DNA of 64,000 nt from Squalus acanthias (lineage: Eukaryota), in contig CM059431.1 in NCBI GenBank assembly GCA_030390025.1, positions 119,476,001 to 119,540,000 on the forward strand, in the 5' to 3' direction. A program made the position numbers and the translations under genes. This document shows, in pieces, positions 47,720-59,506 of the stretch; positions within the stretch are counted from its first letter, which is position 1; every line of letters starts with the position of its first letter. The notes under the pieces were generated by a model that did not search any database, was not told where the DNA came from, and saw nothing but the letters and a program-made list of their open reading frames with translations.

Positions 47720-48428
47720 ACTCAGCAAATCTTGTGTTTTATTTGTCTCGGCACAGTCGCTGATAGCTTCCGTGTCGGTAAAACTTTAAGTTTCCTTTTT
47801 TTCCTTTTAAATTGTTGTCTCAGCATTTTCCATGCTTCCCAAATCCCTTGTTTTTTTCCTTCCTTTGCTGAGTTTTCAGATTGGTTAGCCTGCAACTTAG
47901 ATCTTTTCCCCTCTTTATCTCCCACTCTTTATGCTTATTACATTCAGTGTGGTCCCCACGAGCACTCCGTTCCTCCAGAGCCTGTTTCTGGGTGACCCTA
48001 AACGCAACCTTCAGGTCCTCATTGATCATTTCTGCCTGCTCTGCCTGATGTCTCTGTTTGGATAATTCTTTTGACAAGGCATCGTACTGATTCTGATTAT
48101 TTATACACTGGCTCTCGAGTTGTTGTTCTTTATTACACCACCTCTCCTCCTGTTCTAACTTTTCATCAAGCCTGTTTCTGTGTTCCCTTTCTTCTTCTAT
48201 TTCTCTTCTTAACTTGATCTTTACCCTTTCATCAGATTTAACCTGCCTCTGTTAGGCCAATAAACAAACAAATTTACTTAACCTTTGCTGACACATGGAC
48301 CCTTGGGTCCACTGTTCAGCCTCCAATTCTGGATCATCACCATCTATAATGACCCGTACCCACCCCTCTTTGAGGGGTAACTTCGCTGTCACATACCTAG
48401 TGACTAACTCATCCATTGTCTTTGCCAT
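47720..48428 (-). pseudogene. gag: N-terminal gag remnant of element B
   Basis: MDELVTRYVTAKLPLKEGWVRVIIDGDDPELEAEQW aligns with A Gag MQEKIADYVFGKVNLTKKWISELLADKSPLEAAERW; GDHTEC vs ADHSAC. Confidence 0.8.
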
Positions 48429-48444
48429 TATCTGCTCTGAACGG

Positions 48445-48462
48445 GTCCCTGTTTGGGCGCCA
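48445..48462 (-). promoter_or_regulatory. PBS of element B, tRNA-Lys(UUU) type
   Basis: TGGCGCCCAAACAGGGAC is one mismatch from the tRNA-Lys3 PBS TGGCGCCCGAACAGGGAC. Confidence 0.85.
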
Positions 48463-48468
48463 ATAATC

Positions 48469-49114
48469 TGTAAGACGTTCTGATTGTCTGACAGTTTATA
48501 GAGTTCAGACCCGTGGAACAGACAACACAAAACCCAATGAATCTGTGAAACTTCTTTTACTTAAAAATCAATAAGAGGTTACAAGTAATTACCAGAATAC
48601 AAACTGGACTCAATTCATGTACTTATTACAAGCAAACATCTATAATCATTTACTTTCGGCTCAGGTGATTATAAGCACCACATACGTACTAACACCAGAT
48701 GAGAGGTCAATTCAACGATGACTAGACGTATGACTTTAACTGGCAACTGACCAGGTCACCATCGACTATAGCACCGAATGTCAGTTTACAACATCCCTTA
48801 TACCCCAAAACTTGGCAACTCGCCCACAGCATTTGTGTCCTAAACTGTGTGATTAACGTTGTTTTTCTCTCTCTCCTTCTATCTGTTTTGACGCTTAGTT
48901 AACCAAGGCCAGACATTCAAGGATTGGCGAGAGTCGTTGTTTTCACGTTTCCAGGTTGCTGACTCGTGGTTCTCATAGAATTTTCAAGATCTTATCTTTT
49001 GAAGGAAAAATACCAGCACATCATGTTTTAGCCAAGCAGTCTCTTGCCCTCAAAGCTTGTCGGTACATTTGGTCACTTTTCGATTCAGTCAAGTTTACCA
49101 TGGACAGTATTACA
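48469..49114 (-). repeat. 5' LTR of element B (646 bp)
   Basis: TG...CA ends, adjacent PBS, followed by TSD GGGT. Confidence 0.9.
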
Positions 49115-50560
49115 GGGTGCATATGAGGTACAAGTAGGACAGGAATGAAATGAATCGAATAAATTGGGAACCGAAGGTTATGAAAATTAAAAAGAATTTG
49201 GGAAGATGGGAAAGAAGGTAGTTGAAAGTGCAAGGAAGAGCGACAGTGGTGTCCACTCTCCTGCTATCTAAGCTATGGTACTTATTGACGGAGAAGGATA
49301 TTCCTGAGTGGGCGTAAAAGTCCTTCCGAGAGGCTTGTGTGAGGTATTTATGTGAAGGGAAACCAGCCTTGGTTGCTTACAATACCATTATTGGATGGAG
49401 TAATCAGGAAGGACTCAATTTCCCAGATATTGATTTGAAGAAAAAATCCTTTAGAATCAAATGGGTGAAGAGATTTCTTCAGAAGTCGAATCAAATGGGT
49501 GAAGAGATTTCTTCAGAAGTCAAATACAATTTTTTGGAAGAGTTGTTTTGAGCATTATTTAAAACGAAGTAGGATAGGAGGGCAGGGATATTGTATATGG
49601 TATATATTGTATGTTTTTGAAATCGATTAAACCTCTCCGTAGGTTTTATAAGGGTGTTGTTGAGACATGGGCCCGATTTTTAACAAGTGTCAGTTAATGC
49701 CCAAGGGTGCTGAGGAATTTTTAGAACAGCTCTTATTTTTGAACAGGTTGGTCAACATTGAAAGAGAGTTATTATTTAATCAAGCTTTTATAAAAGCTGG
49801 TATTATATATGTGAAAGTTGTATTATACGAGGTAATTCCAGGTTGGTTGCTGGGAGTGGTAGTGAGGAACATGGTTTGGGAGGAGGATCAGGAAGTAGAG
49901 GAAAAAGCAATTATGATCATGTATGAGAAGATTGTGAGGGCAATGCCACAGGATTGGATGAAAGAAATAAATGCGGAAATCTCCAAAGGAAGTAAAATGC
50001 GTCCCACTTTTCCAAGCTTTCTGCTGGAGAAAGGGGAAGAGTTGGTCCAATTTGACAACTGAAATACTCAAGATTTCTATGGGGTATTTAGAGAATGGCG
50101 ATTCAAGACACCTGCTGGTCAGGAGTTTTGGCAAAGTATATACCCACAGCTGGACTTCAACAGAATTTGGAAGGGAGTGTGGGCGAATTTTAAATGTCCA
50201 GAGTGGATTGAACTGGATTTCAAATTGGCTCATAACCAGATTTTTACCATGATGGTCTTATGTAAGATTGGGCGAGTGGAGGGGGCAACTTGCCCAGCGT
50301 GTGGGACACGGGATGAGACTCTGTCCCATTTACTGGTGTTATGTCCGCAGTTAAAGGATTTTAAGTACTATGTTCAACAGTTGTGTGAGGTTTTTTTGCT
50401 GGGTGGGGACCAAAGAGCGAGAATGGGAATCCCGTGGGACTCAATTTTGAGATGGGGATTGCAGGAGAGTCTGCCCGAGTCTAGCGGAGCAGCAATTAAT
50501 TTAATGTTCAGTTTGGCTAGATTCGTGATTGGGCAAAGAAGGAATGCTCTGTTTTTTAAG

Positions 50561-50770
50561 TAGCCATGATGCGGAGATGCCGGTGTTGGACTGGGGTGGA
50601 CAAAAGTGAGAAGTCGCACAACACCAGGTTATAGTCCAACAGCTTTATTTGAAATCACAAGCTTTCGGAGCTGCTGCTCCTTCGTCAGGTGAAGGAGCAG
50701 CGCTCCGAAAGCTTGTGATTTCAAATAAAGCTGTTGGACTATAACCTGGTGTTGTGCGACTTCTCACTTT
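50561..50770. mobile_element. Penelope-like terminal remnant forming an inverted repeat
   Basis: About 80-bp near-perfect inverted arms (50602-50682 / 50692-50771), flanked by TTTTTTAAG on both sides. Confidence 0.7.
50656..50691 (-). ncRNA. Minimal type I hammerhead ribozyme motif
   Basis: CAC-CUGACGA-AGGAGC-AGCA-GCUCC-GAA-AGCU-U-GUG has the conserved core, stem II, a palindromic stem III and a 3-bp stem I. Confidence 0.6.
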
Positions 50771-51073
50771 TTTTTTTAAGGGGAGGAGAATAAATCTAAA
50801 ACAGTATTTTAAATATAAGCTAAAAGATTATTATAAGGCTCTGTGGATGTTTTATGCAGAAAGGAATTTTAAGATAGTATTTTACGATCAATTTTTAAAT
50901 TACAATCGATTAATATATGTTACAGGAGACAAATTAAACTTCAAGTTTTGATGTCAATATGTGGTGAGGGAATGGCTATGCAGAGCGGCAGAATGGATTT
51001 GTATGATACAATGGAATGATCACGATGTTGTAAATGTTTTTAATTTTCAATAAATAATATATATTAAAAAAAA

Positions 51074-51520
51074 GTGGGTAGCACTCTCGCCACTGAGTCA
51101 AGAAGGTTGTGGGTTCAAGTCCCTCTCCAGGGACTTGAGCACAAAAAATCTAAGCTGACACTCCAGTGCAGTACTGAGGGAGTGCTGCACTGTCAGAGGT
51201 GCCGTCTTTTGGATGAGATGTTAAACCGAGGCCCTGTCTGCTCTCTCAAGTGGACGTAAAAGATCCCATGGCACTATTTCGAAGAAGAGCAGGGGAGTTA
51301 TCCCTGGTGTCCTGGCCAAGATTTATCCTTCAATCAACATAACAAAACCAGATTACCTGGTCATTCTCACATTGCTGTTTGTGGGAGCTTGCTTGTGCGC
51401 CAATTGGCTGCTGCGTTTCCTACATTACAACAGTGACTGTACTTCATTGGCTGTAAAGCGCTTTGAGACATCTGGAGGTCATGAAAGCCGCTATATAAAT
51501 GCAAGACTTGCTTTTTTATT
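51074..51520 (+). mobile_element. tRNA-derived DeuSINE (SacSINE1-like) body and tail
   Basis: B-box GGTTCAAGTCC, Deu-domain-like GCCGTCTTTTGGATGAGATGTTAAACCGAGG, and tail CGCTATATAAATGCAAG. Confidence 0.75.
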
Positions 51521-52027
51521 TCTATTTTTCTGGTGTCAGGAGGAATGCTCCTGCTCCTCCTGGCTCCACAAAAATAAATTAGTACTTACCTTTGGGCTTA
51601 TCTTAAGCTGGATCACCAGCTGATACACAATGCACGCTCTCCCTAGTTCAGTCTTAAAATGGCATTGAGTTTCTATTGATGCCATAGGACCTCGATTTCA
51701 ATACCTAAATTAGTTGTGTGCTTGCTTCAGGCGGTCGCGCGGCTGCCTATTCTGAAGGCAAAATAGGCGATGGCCACAGCAATGGTGCGAATGGGGCGGT
51801 AAGTTCTTCCCCACAATTTTCAGGAGAGCCACTGCCCCAAATCCACTGGAGAGGTGGTTGTAAAATCTTCTCCCATCGGGCAATGTCTTCCAACGAATGC
51901 CATCACGCTAACATCATCTAACCCTGGGAGATACAACACAATAAAGGTGAGAAAGTGGGCTCTTGCCTTTGAGTTAATTACTTTGTTTTTTTTGAACAAT
52001 AAAAATGAGGCAAACTGAATATTTATT

Positions 52028-55000
52028 GGCCTCGATATTTACAGGGAGGCGGGGAGGGTGTGAGGGAGGAAGAAAATGGGACGGGTGACGAGTCAAGGCC
52101 GGGGATGCAGAAGTCCTGCTGAATTTAACGGCAGGACTTCATTATAATTTTCTTTCTTCCATTTCCCGCCTGGCAGCTGGCCCAACTGTCAATTGGACTG
52201 GCTGCTGGGCAGAAAACCAGCGGCAGGAGGCCGCAGCTGGTGACCCTTGGGGACCGTCCCCGGCAATCGAAAAGGGGGAGGGAGCAAGAGATCAGGGCTT
52301 GAGTGGGGAGGGGGGGGAAGGAGTGAAGAGAGTGGTAATCGGGAGGGGGGAAGAGAGAGACAACCAGGAGGGGGGAAGAGAGGCAATCAGGAGGGGGGAA
52401 GAGAAGGCAATCAGGAGGGGGAAGAGAGGCAATCAGGAGGGGAAAGAGAGGCAATCAGGAGGGGGAAAGAGAGGTAATCAGGAGGGGGGAAGAGAGGCAA
52501 TCAGGAGGGGGGAAGAGAAAGGCAATCAGGAGGGGGAAAGAGAGGCAATCAGGAGGGGGAAGAGAAAGGCAATTAGGAGGGGGAAAGAGAGGCAATCAGG
52601 AGGGGGGAAGAGAGGTAATTGGGAGGGGGGAACAGAGGTAATTGGGAGGGGGGAACAGAGGTAATTGGGAGGGGGGGAACAGAGGTAATCGGGAGGGGGG
52701 AAGAGAGGTAATCAGGAGGGGGGAAGAGAGGTAATCGGGAGGGGGGAAGAGAAAGGCAATCAGGAGGGGGAAAGAGAGGTAATCGGGAGGGGGGAAGAGA
52801 GGTAATCGGGAGGGGGGAAGAGAGGTAATCAGGAGGGGGGAAGAGAGGTAATCGGGAGGGGGGAAGAGAGGTAATCAGGAGGGGGGAAGAGAAAGGCAAT
52901 CAGGAGGGGGAAAGAGAGGTAATCGGGAGGGGGGAAGAGAGGTAATCAGGAGGGGGGAAGAGAGGTAATCAGGAGGGGGGAAGAGAAAGGCAATCAGGAG
53001 GGGGAAGGAGAGGCAATCAGGAGGGGGAAAGAGAGGTAATCGGGAGAGGGGAAGAGAGGTAATCGGGAGGGGGGAAGAGAGAGGCAATCAGGAGGGGGAA
53101 AGAGAGTCAATCAGGAGGGGGAAAGAGAGGTAATCGGGAGGGGGGAAGAGAGGTAATCGGGAGGGGGGAAGAGAGGTAATCAGGAGGGGGGAAGAGAAAG
53201 GCAATCAGGAGGGGGAAAGAGAGGCAATCAGGAGGGGAAGAGAAAGGCAATCAGGAGGGGGAAAGAGAGGCAATCAGGAGGGGGAAAGAGAGGCAATCAG
53301 GAGGGGGGAAGAGAGGTAATTGGGAGGGGGGAACAGAGGTAATTGGGAGGGGGGAACAGAGGTAATTGGGAGGGGGGAACAGAGGTAATCGGGAGGGGGG
53401 AACAGAGGTAATTGGGAGGGGGGAACAGAGGTAATCGGGAGGGGGGAAGAGACAGGCAATCAGGAGGGGGAAAGAGAGGTAATCGGGAGGGGGGAAGAGA
53501 GGTAATCGGGAGGGGGGAAGAGAGGTAATCGGGAGGGGGGAAGAGAGGTAATCGGGAGGGGGGAAGAGAGGTAATCAGGAGGGGGGAAGAGAAAGGCAAT
53601 CAGGAGGGGGAAAGAGAGGTAATCGGGAGGGGGAAGGAGAGGCAATCAGGAGGGGGAAAGAGAGGTAATCGGGAGGGGGGAAGAGAGTCAATCAGGAGGG
53701 GGGAAGAGAGGTAATCGGGAGGGGGGAAGAGAGGTAATCGGGAGGGGGGAAGAGAGTCAATCAGGAGGGGGGAAGAGAGGTAATCGGGAGGGGGGAAGAG
53801 AGTCAATCAGGAGGGGGGAAGAGAGGTAATCGGGAGGGGGGAAGAGAGGTAATCGGCAGGGGGGAAGAGAGGTAATCGGGAGGGGGGAAGAGAGGCAATC
53901 AGGAGGGGGGAAGAGAGTGGTAATCGGGAGGGGGGAAGAGAGGTAATCGGGAGGGGGGAAGAGAGGTAATCGGGAGGGGGGAAGAGAGGTAATCTTGAGG
54001 TGGGAAGAGAGGTAATCGGGAGGGGGGAGGAGAGGTAATCGGGAGCGGGAAGAGAGGTAATCGGGAGGGGGGAAGAGAGGTAATCGGGAGGGGGGAAGAG
54101 AGGTAATCGGGAGGGGGGAAGAGAGGCAATCAGGAGGGGGAAAGAGAGGCAATCAGGAGGGGGGAAGAGAGGTAATTGGGAGGGGGGAAGAGACAGGCAA
54201 TCAGGAGGGGGGAAGAGAGGTAATCGGGAGGGGGGAAGAGAGGTAATCGGGAGGGGGGAAGAGAGGTAATCAGGAGGGGGGAAGAGAAAGGCAATCAGGA
54301 GGGGGAAAGAGAGTCAATCAGGAGGGGGAAAGAGAGGTAATCGGGAGGGGGGAAGAGAGGTAATCAGGAGGGGGGAAGAGAGGTAATCGGGAGGGGGGAA
54401 GAGAGAGGCAATCAGGAGGGGGGAAGAGAGAGGCAATCAGGAGGGGGAAAGAGAGTCAATCAGGAGGGGGAAAGAGAGGTAATCGGGAGGGGGGAAGAGA
54501 GGTAATCAGGAGGGGGGAAGAGAGGTAATCGGGAGGGGGGAAGAGAGGTAATCGGGAGGGGGGAAGAGAGGTAATCGGGAGGGGGGAAGAGAGTCAATCA
54601 GGAGGGGGGAAGAGAGGTAATCGGGAGGGGGGAAGAGAGGTAATCGGCAGGGGGGGAAGAGAGGTAATCGGGAGGGGGGAAGAGAGGTAATCGGGAGGGA
54701 GGAAGAGAGGTAATCGGGAGGGGGGAAGAGAGGTAATCGGGAGGGGGGAAGAGAGGCAATCGGGAGGGGGAAGAGAGAGGCAATCAGGAGGGGGGAAGAG
54801 AGAGGCAATCAGGAGGGGGGAAGAGAGAGGCAATCAGAAAAGGGGAAGAGAGGCAATCAGGAGGGGGGAAGAGAGAGGTAATCGGGAGGGGGGAAGAGAG
54901 TCAATCAGGAGGGGGAAAGAGAGGTAATCGGGAAGGGGGAAGAGAGGTAATCAGGAGGGGGGAAGAGAGGTAATCGGGAGGGGGGAAGAGAGGTAATCGG

Positions 55001-55841
55001 GAGGGGGGAAGAGAGGTAATCGGGAGGGGGGAAGAGAGTCAATCAGGAGGGGGGAAGAGAGGTAATCGGGAGGGGGGAAGAGAGGTAATCGGCAGGGGGG
55101 GAAGAGAGGTAATCGGGAGGGGGGAAGAGAGGTAATCGGGAGGGAGGAAGAGAGGTAATCGGGAGGGGGGAAGAGAGGTAATCGGGAGGGGGGAAGAGAG
55201 GCAATCGGGAGGGGGGAAGAGAGAGGCAATCAGGAGGGGGGAAGAGAGAGGCAATCAGGAGTGGGGAAGAGAGAGGCAATCAGAAAAGGGGAAGAGAGGC
55301 AATCAGGAGGGGGGAAGAGAGAGGTAATCGGGAGGGGGGAAGAGAGAGGTAATCGGGAGGGGGGAAATGAGAGTCAACTGGGAGGGGTGAAGGCTGGAGA
55401 TCATTGCTTGGGTGGTGGAGTTTGGCTGCGATCGCGGCATGGAGCAGACATCGGTGCTGGGGGGGGTGGGGGAGCTCTGCCATCGCGGTGCGGAGGAGAG
55501 AGACCACGATCGCCAGAGGGGAGGCTGAAGGCTTGCTTGAGGGTCCGGGGGGATCACTCCCGCACCTTCTGTCCCACAAGGATTGCTGTAAAAAGCACTT
55601 AACTTCTTGAGCCTCCCTTTCACTGCTGTGTTTCACAAGCCCTGGGAAACCCACACGGCAACTGTTAAATTGAAATCAGGCTGACAATTGCACTTTGGGA
55701 GCGAGATTTAAATATGTTAATGATGTGGCCCGCCTCTGCACTCACACACCACAAAACCTGCCGCCGTAAAAACGGCAACGGGCACGTACCCCCCCTCCCC
55801 GACGCTCTCGCGCTCTTCATTGGCTGGTTAATATCGAGGCC
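52028..55841. mobile_element. Harbinger-type MITE containing an expanded minisatellite
   Basis: TIRs GGCCTCGATATTTAC / GTTAATATCGAGGCC and 3-bp TSD ATT. Confidence 0.85.
52330..55370. repeat. G-rich ~21-23 bp minisatellite (AGGTAATCGGGAGGGGGGAAGAG)n
   Basis: Direct tandem array of about 3 kb with variant units. Confidence 0.97.
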
Positions 55842-57199
55842 ATTGCGTTTTAACCTTTTTTTTTTACGAAGATAGCTCATCATTTTTCTGGAAGTTCCAA
55901 TATTTACACAAATTCACTACTTATACTGGAACACTATTTGTGTTAAGTGGGAATTATATTTTTAGAATTCTGGGTGGAGAAACATTTTCAGCAAATCCGC
56001 AATACTTGTGCGTCGAAGGCAAGGGGTTAGGATGATATTTTTCAACCTTTTGTTGACTAGCCATCCATCATGCACAATTTTGCAATTTCATCCTTTCATA
56101 CACTATATCGCAGAATGATAAAAATAACTTTTTCTTCCCCCAATTACCTGGTGACTACCCTGAGTGCTGCTCTGACCAGTTTTGGGTAATGCAGAGATTT
56201 TTTGCATCCGATTTTTCATTTTTTGTCAGCAAGCTGAAAAATCCTGGTGGGATTGACATGTTCTTCCCCAATCATGCAACAAATCCATAATTTGAATATT
56301 TTTGAGCTTCATTTATTAGTACAAGAACTAATTGGGTCTCTTATTGTTAATAACATATTGGCTTCACTTTATTTGTCTTTGGTTTATAGACTAATGACTA
56401 AAGAGGGACTTTTTCCATATTCCGTTAACACAATTGTAACATTCATATTTGCACTGCCATAAATTCCATCCTCACAGTTGGAAACTGTAGGATATTTTAG
56501 CAAGTTGCAGTTTAGATATAGTTCCAGTAAACAGATAGTTTGAAGAGAAATGGCTTCCAAAATAGAATTGCATCAACTGAGCACCAAGAGCAATTAAGTG
56601 ATACCGTTCACTGCTCCTGATTGTGCTCAGCAATAAATTGATCCTAAATGCTGATTAAACATTGAGGCTGCAGACTAAGGTGTTTAATGAGAGCTGCACT
56701 GGAGCCAATTTATTGATGAGATGCTCAAGTAAATGAAAGTAATTGTTATAATGACCATACTATACTGATACTAAATTTGTTTCTTGACAAAAGAATAGAT
56801 TGGTTAGAGTGAAGTGCAATTTGTGGGAGTGCTTAATACAATGAAATTGCTGTAATTAGTGAAGTTTGCCACTTGATCAATGTTTTATTCTTGAGTGTTC
56901 TTGCAAAAAAAAATACCAAATTGTCTCAATGCTTAATTCTCTCTGTCAAAGTTTAAAAGAAATGCTATTCATCTGCTACCTGATTTCCCGATTCTCACTA
57001 CCACATTTGTGATACTACTGAGGCCACAAACAGCATTTATGTGCTGGGCAGGCGCGCAGCTAAGGCCGAGGTATTGGGGATTGAATGAGGTCAGAGTTGG
57101 CCGATGGCCCCAGGTTTGGCCGAGCGGGTGGATCGTTTCTGTGTTTAAATCATCATTCACTTCTCCGCTGTAAAATTGCAGCCAATTATTTTTTTTAAT

Positions 57200-57900
57200 G
57201 AGGGGTAAAGATATCGACAGATAAGGGGAGAGCTTCCCAATATCTCAGAGTGCGCCCAGTCAGTAGCTGAAAGTGTCAGTGAGGTGGACTAGGGAGTCCC
57301 GAGCCCTATTTACCAGGTCCAAGTCCCAACATGTTTCCTGCAAACATAACAAGTCAGTCGCCTTAAAATATTGGTCTATCCGCTGCAATTTATTCACCTT
57401 GAACCTCAGTACACCCTACATTTTCAGCTTCTTCCTCTGATTTAACATAAGCCTTTTGGTTACCGCTTCTCCCTGCGGCCCTTGACGAACCACCTCCTCC
57501 CTTTTTTGCTATTCGTTCCGTGCAACCCTATCCTCAACAGCCTCCTCCTCCTCCCTCATTTCCATCTCTCTGACTTTGTCTTGCATCCCAGTCTCCAACG
57601 CCGCTGCGGCCATATGCCCCTTGACCTCATTGAATTCCCGGTCACTCACCCCTGTCTGTTCCTCACCTCCATTCCTCCTCTCCGTCGGGGCCACTGCTGC
57701 TTATTCCTGTGACATAGAGGGCAGGCCGTCCTCCCTCCCCTGTGCACTCTTCTCAGCAGCCTCCGAAGCATCATCCTCCCGCCCAGTGGCTGCCTTGCCC
57801 ATCGACCCACACTCCACCTCAGTTGATGCCAATTCTCCTGTTTGTGCACCAGAATCCAACTCTCTTTCAGCTCGAGCCTCTCTCAGTCAATTTCAATTTC
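57200..57900 (-). mobile_element. Possible Tx1/L1 fragment (ORF1 tail and endonuclease start)
   Basis: Glu-rich minus-strand ORF followed by DLLCLQET, an APE-endonuclease-like motif. Confidence 0.35.
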
Positions 57901-58823
57901 CTTCCAGGCTTCTGCTCCGTCTCCTTCTGGCCTCCAGCATTACTCATCGTTTTTCCAAACCTTTGCGAGTCCCGGCCCGACTATCCCTCTTATTTTAATC
58001 CAAAGTTATCCTTCCTGTTTGAACCCATCCAGGGACAATGACATTGGCCCACCGGAAAGTGATTGGGGCGGGAGTCATGACCACCCTGACCCTAGGGATG
58101 CCAACTCTGGCTGGGCGTATTCCTGCAGGTTTCATCACTGATGTCCCTCCTCCAACTGTCCCACCTCCGCACACCCACCATTGGTCGATTGGTTGCCCAA
58201 CACGTCCATCCTCATAGCACACCGCCTGCCCACGGCAGTTGGAAAGTGAACAGACAAATCATGACCCAATTGGATGCTTCTTGACTTGTCAGTCAAACAG
58301 CCTTTTCTTCCCCCCCCCCCCCTCTCCAATTACTAATAAACAGAAGAGTTCAAAGAAAATGAAAAAGAATGCATTTTGTTTTTACTACCCCTATGATTTT
58401 TCTCCTGGGTTGCTTTCAGCAGTGTCCAGGAGATTAATCTTTAAGTCTTGGAGACTTCAGGGCAATCCTGGAGGGTTGGCAACCCTACCTGACCACCCCA
58501 CCCCTTCTGTGCCCCCACTGGCTCAGCCTCTGGTGCTAGGCCTCAGCTCCAGCATCCTTGAACTGTTTAAATGAAAATAGTGAGTAGTGGAAAATAGTGA
58601 AAGTTGAAAATGTGGGAAGAATATTACAATACTTGTAATGCCTCTCTGGAGATTAGATGTGGGTTAGAATTCCTCAGATTGCATTTATGATTTTTCTAAA
58701 ACTACCAAACAGAAGGAATTTTGACAAATCCAGTTATGATATCTTGACATGTAGCGACCAAAAGGATCCATACCCTGTGGTTTGTTTTGATTTTTTGCTA
58801 AGAATATTTTGAATTAATTATAA

Positions 58824-59506
58824 GGGGTAGAGTTTCCGCTAGGTTGCACTGGTATTTCCAGCACAATTCACCCAAAATCAGCCAAACCAGTGCAAAAGAT
58901 CGCGGAATTTTAAGCGCAAATTACGTTCAGCGCGAATCAAGTTTCCGTGATCTTTTGCATTAGTTTAAAAAACATTGCGCGAAAAGCAGGCCCCGCCCAC
59001 AAAACTAGCTCGCACTCAGATCTAATTAATCACCATGGTGATTTTCCGCTGTTGTGGCCCTTCAAAGAGGCTCTTAAGCTTTTTTTTAGGCGCAAGTACA
59101 TTAAATAGACACCTTTTAAAAGTTTTTAAATATTAAAGAATATTTAATTTACTAAGAAACTGGCTACTGTACACTAATGAAACTAACAAATGGTTCTGTA
59201 TAGTTTTTAAAAATCATTTTCAGTTATTTTAAATCGGGTTACTCACAGGTGATGGACTAGACACTTATTAAAATGCTTATTGTTTTGTGATAAACCCATT
59301 TTCAGCTGTATTAATAAAACTGCACCAAGTTACCACTCTTACAATACGCTCGAAGCGCTGCCCAATTGCACTGGTTCATGGCCCATTTTACATTTGTGAT
59401 TATGCAAATGCGTTTGAGCAGAAACTTGAAACATAAAATCAATTCGGAAAACTAGCACAATTTGCGCCCGGATTGCCGATTGCGCCCAAAGCGGAAACTC
59501 TACATC
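58824..59506. mobile_element. Harbinger-type MITE
   Basis: TIRs GGGGTAGAGTTTCCGCT / AGCGGAAACTCTACATC. Confidence 0.75.

Larger units (their letters stand above)
27831..49114 (-). mobile_element. Decayed LTR element family B (gag/IN/env remnants) with nested insertions
   Basis: LTRs at 48469-49114 and 27831-29221, TSD GGGT on both sides, tRNA-Lys PBS, PPT GAGGGTGGATTA. The Tx1 RT frame resumes directly after it. Confidence 0.85.
49115..50951 (+). pseudogene. Tx1 ORF2 C-terminal part (post-RT and zinc-finger region)
   Basis: GRATVVSTLLLSKLWY, GLNFPDI, CPACGTRDETLSHLLVLCP. Confidence 0.85.
22952..51073 (+). mobile_element. Tx1/L1-clade LINE, internally deleted and carrying nested insertions
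   Basis: ORF1 with zinc knuckles, RT pieces either side of element B, AATAAA plus A-tail at 51049-51073, and TSD GTGGGTAGCAC at 22941-22951 and 51074-51084. Confidence 0.85.

Noticed and set aside
51074..51150. tRNA gene
   Set aside because: The A and B boxes belong to a SINE head that continues into a Deu domain and LINE-like tail.
52125..55654. Many Pro/Leu/Ser-rich ORFs, and a superficially CRISPR-like repeat array
   Set aside because: These are translations of a minisatellite. There are no unique spacers or cas genes, and the context is eukaryotic.
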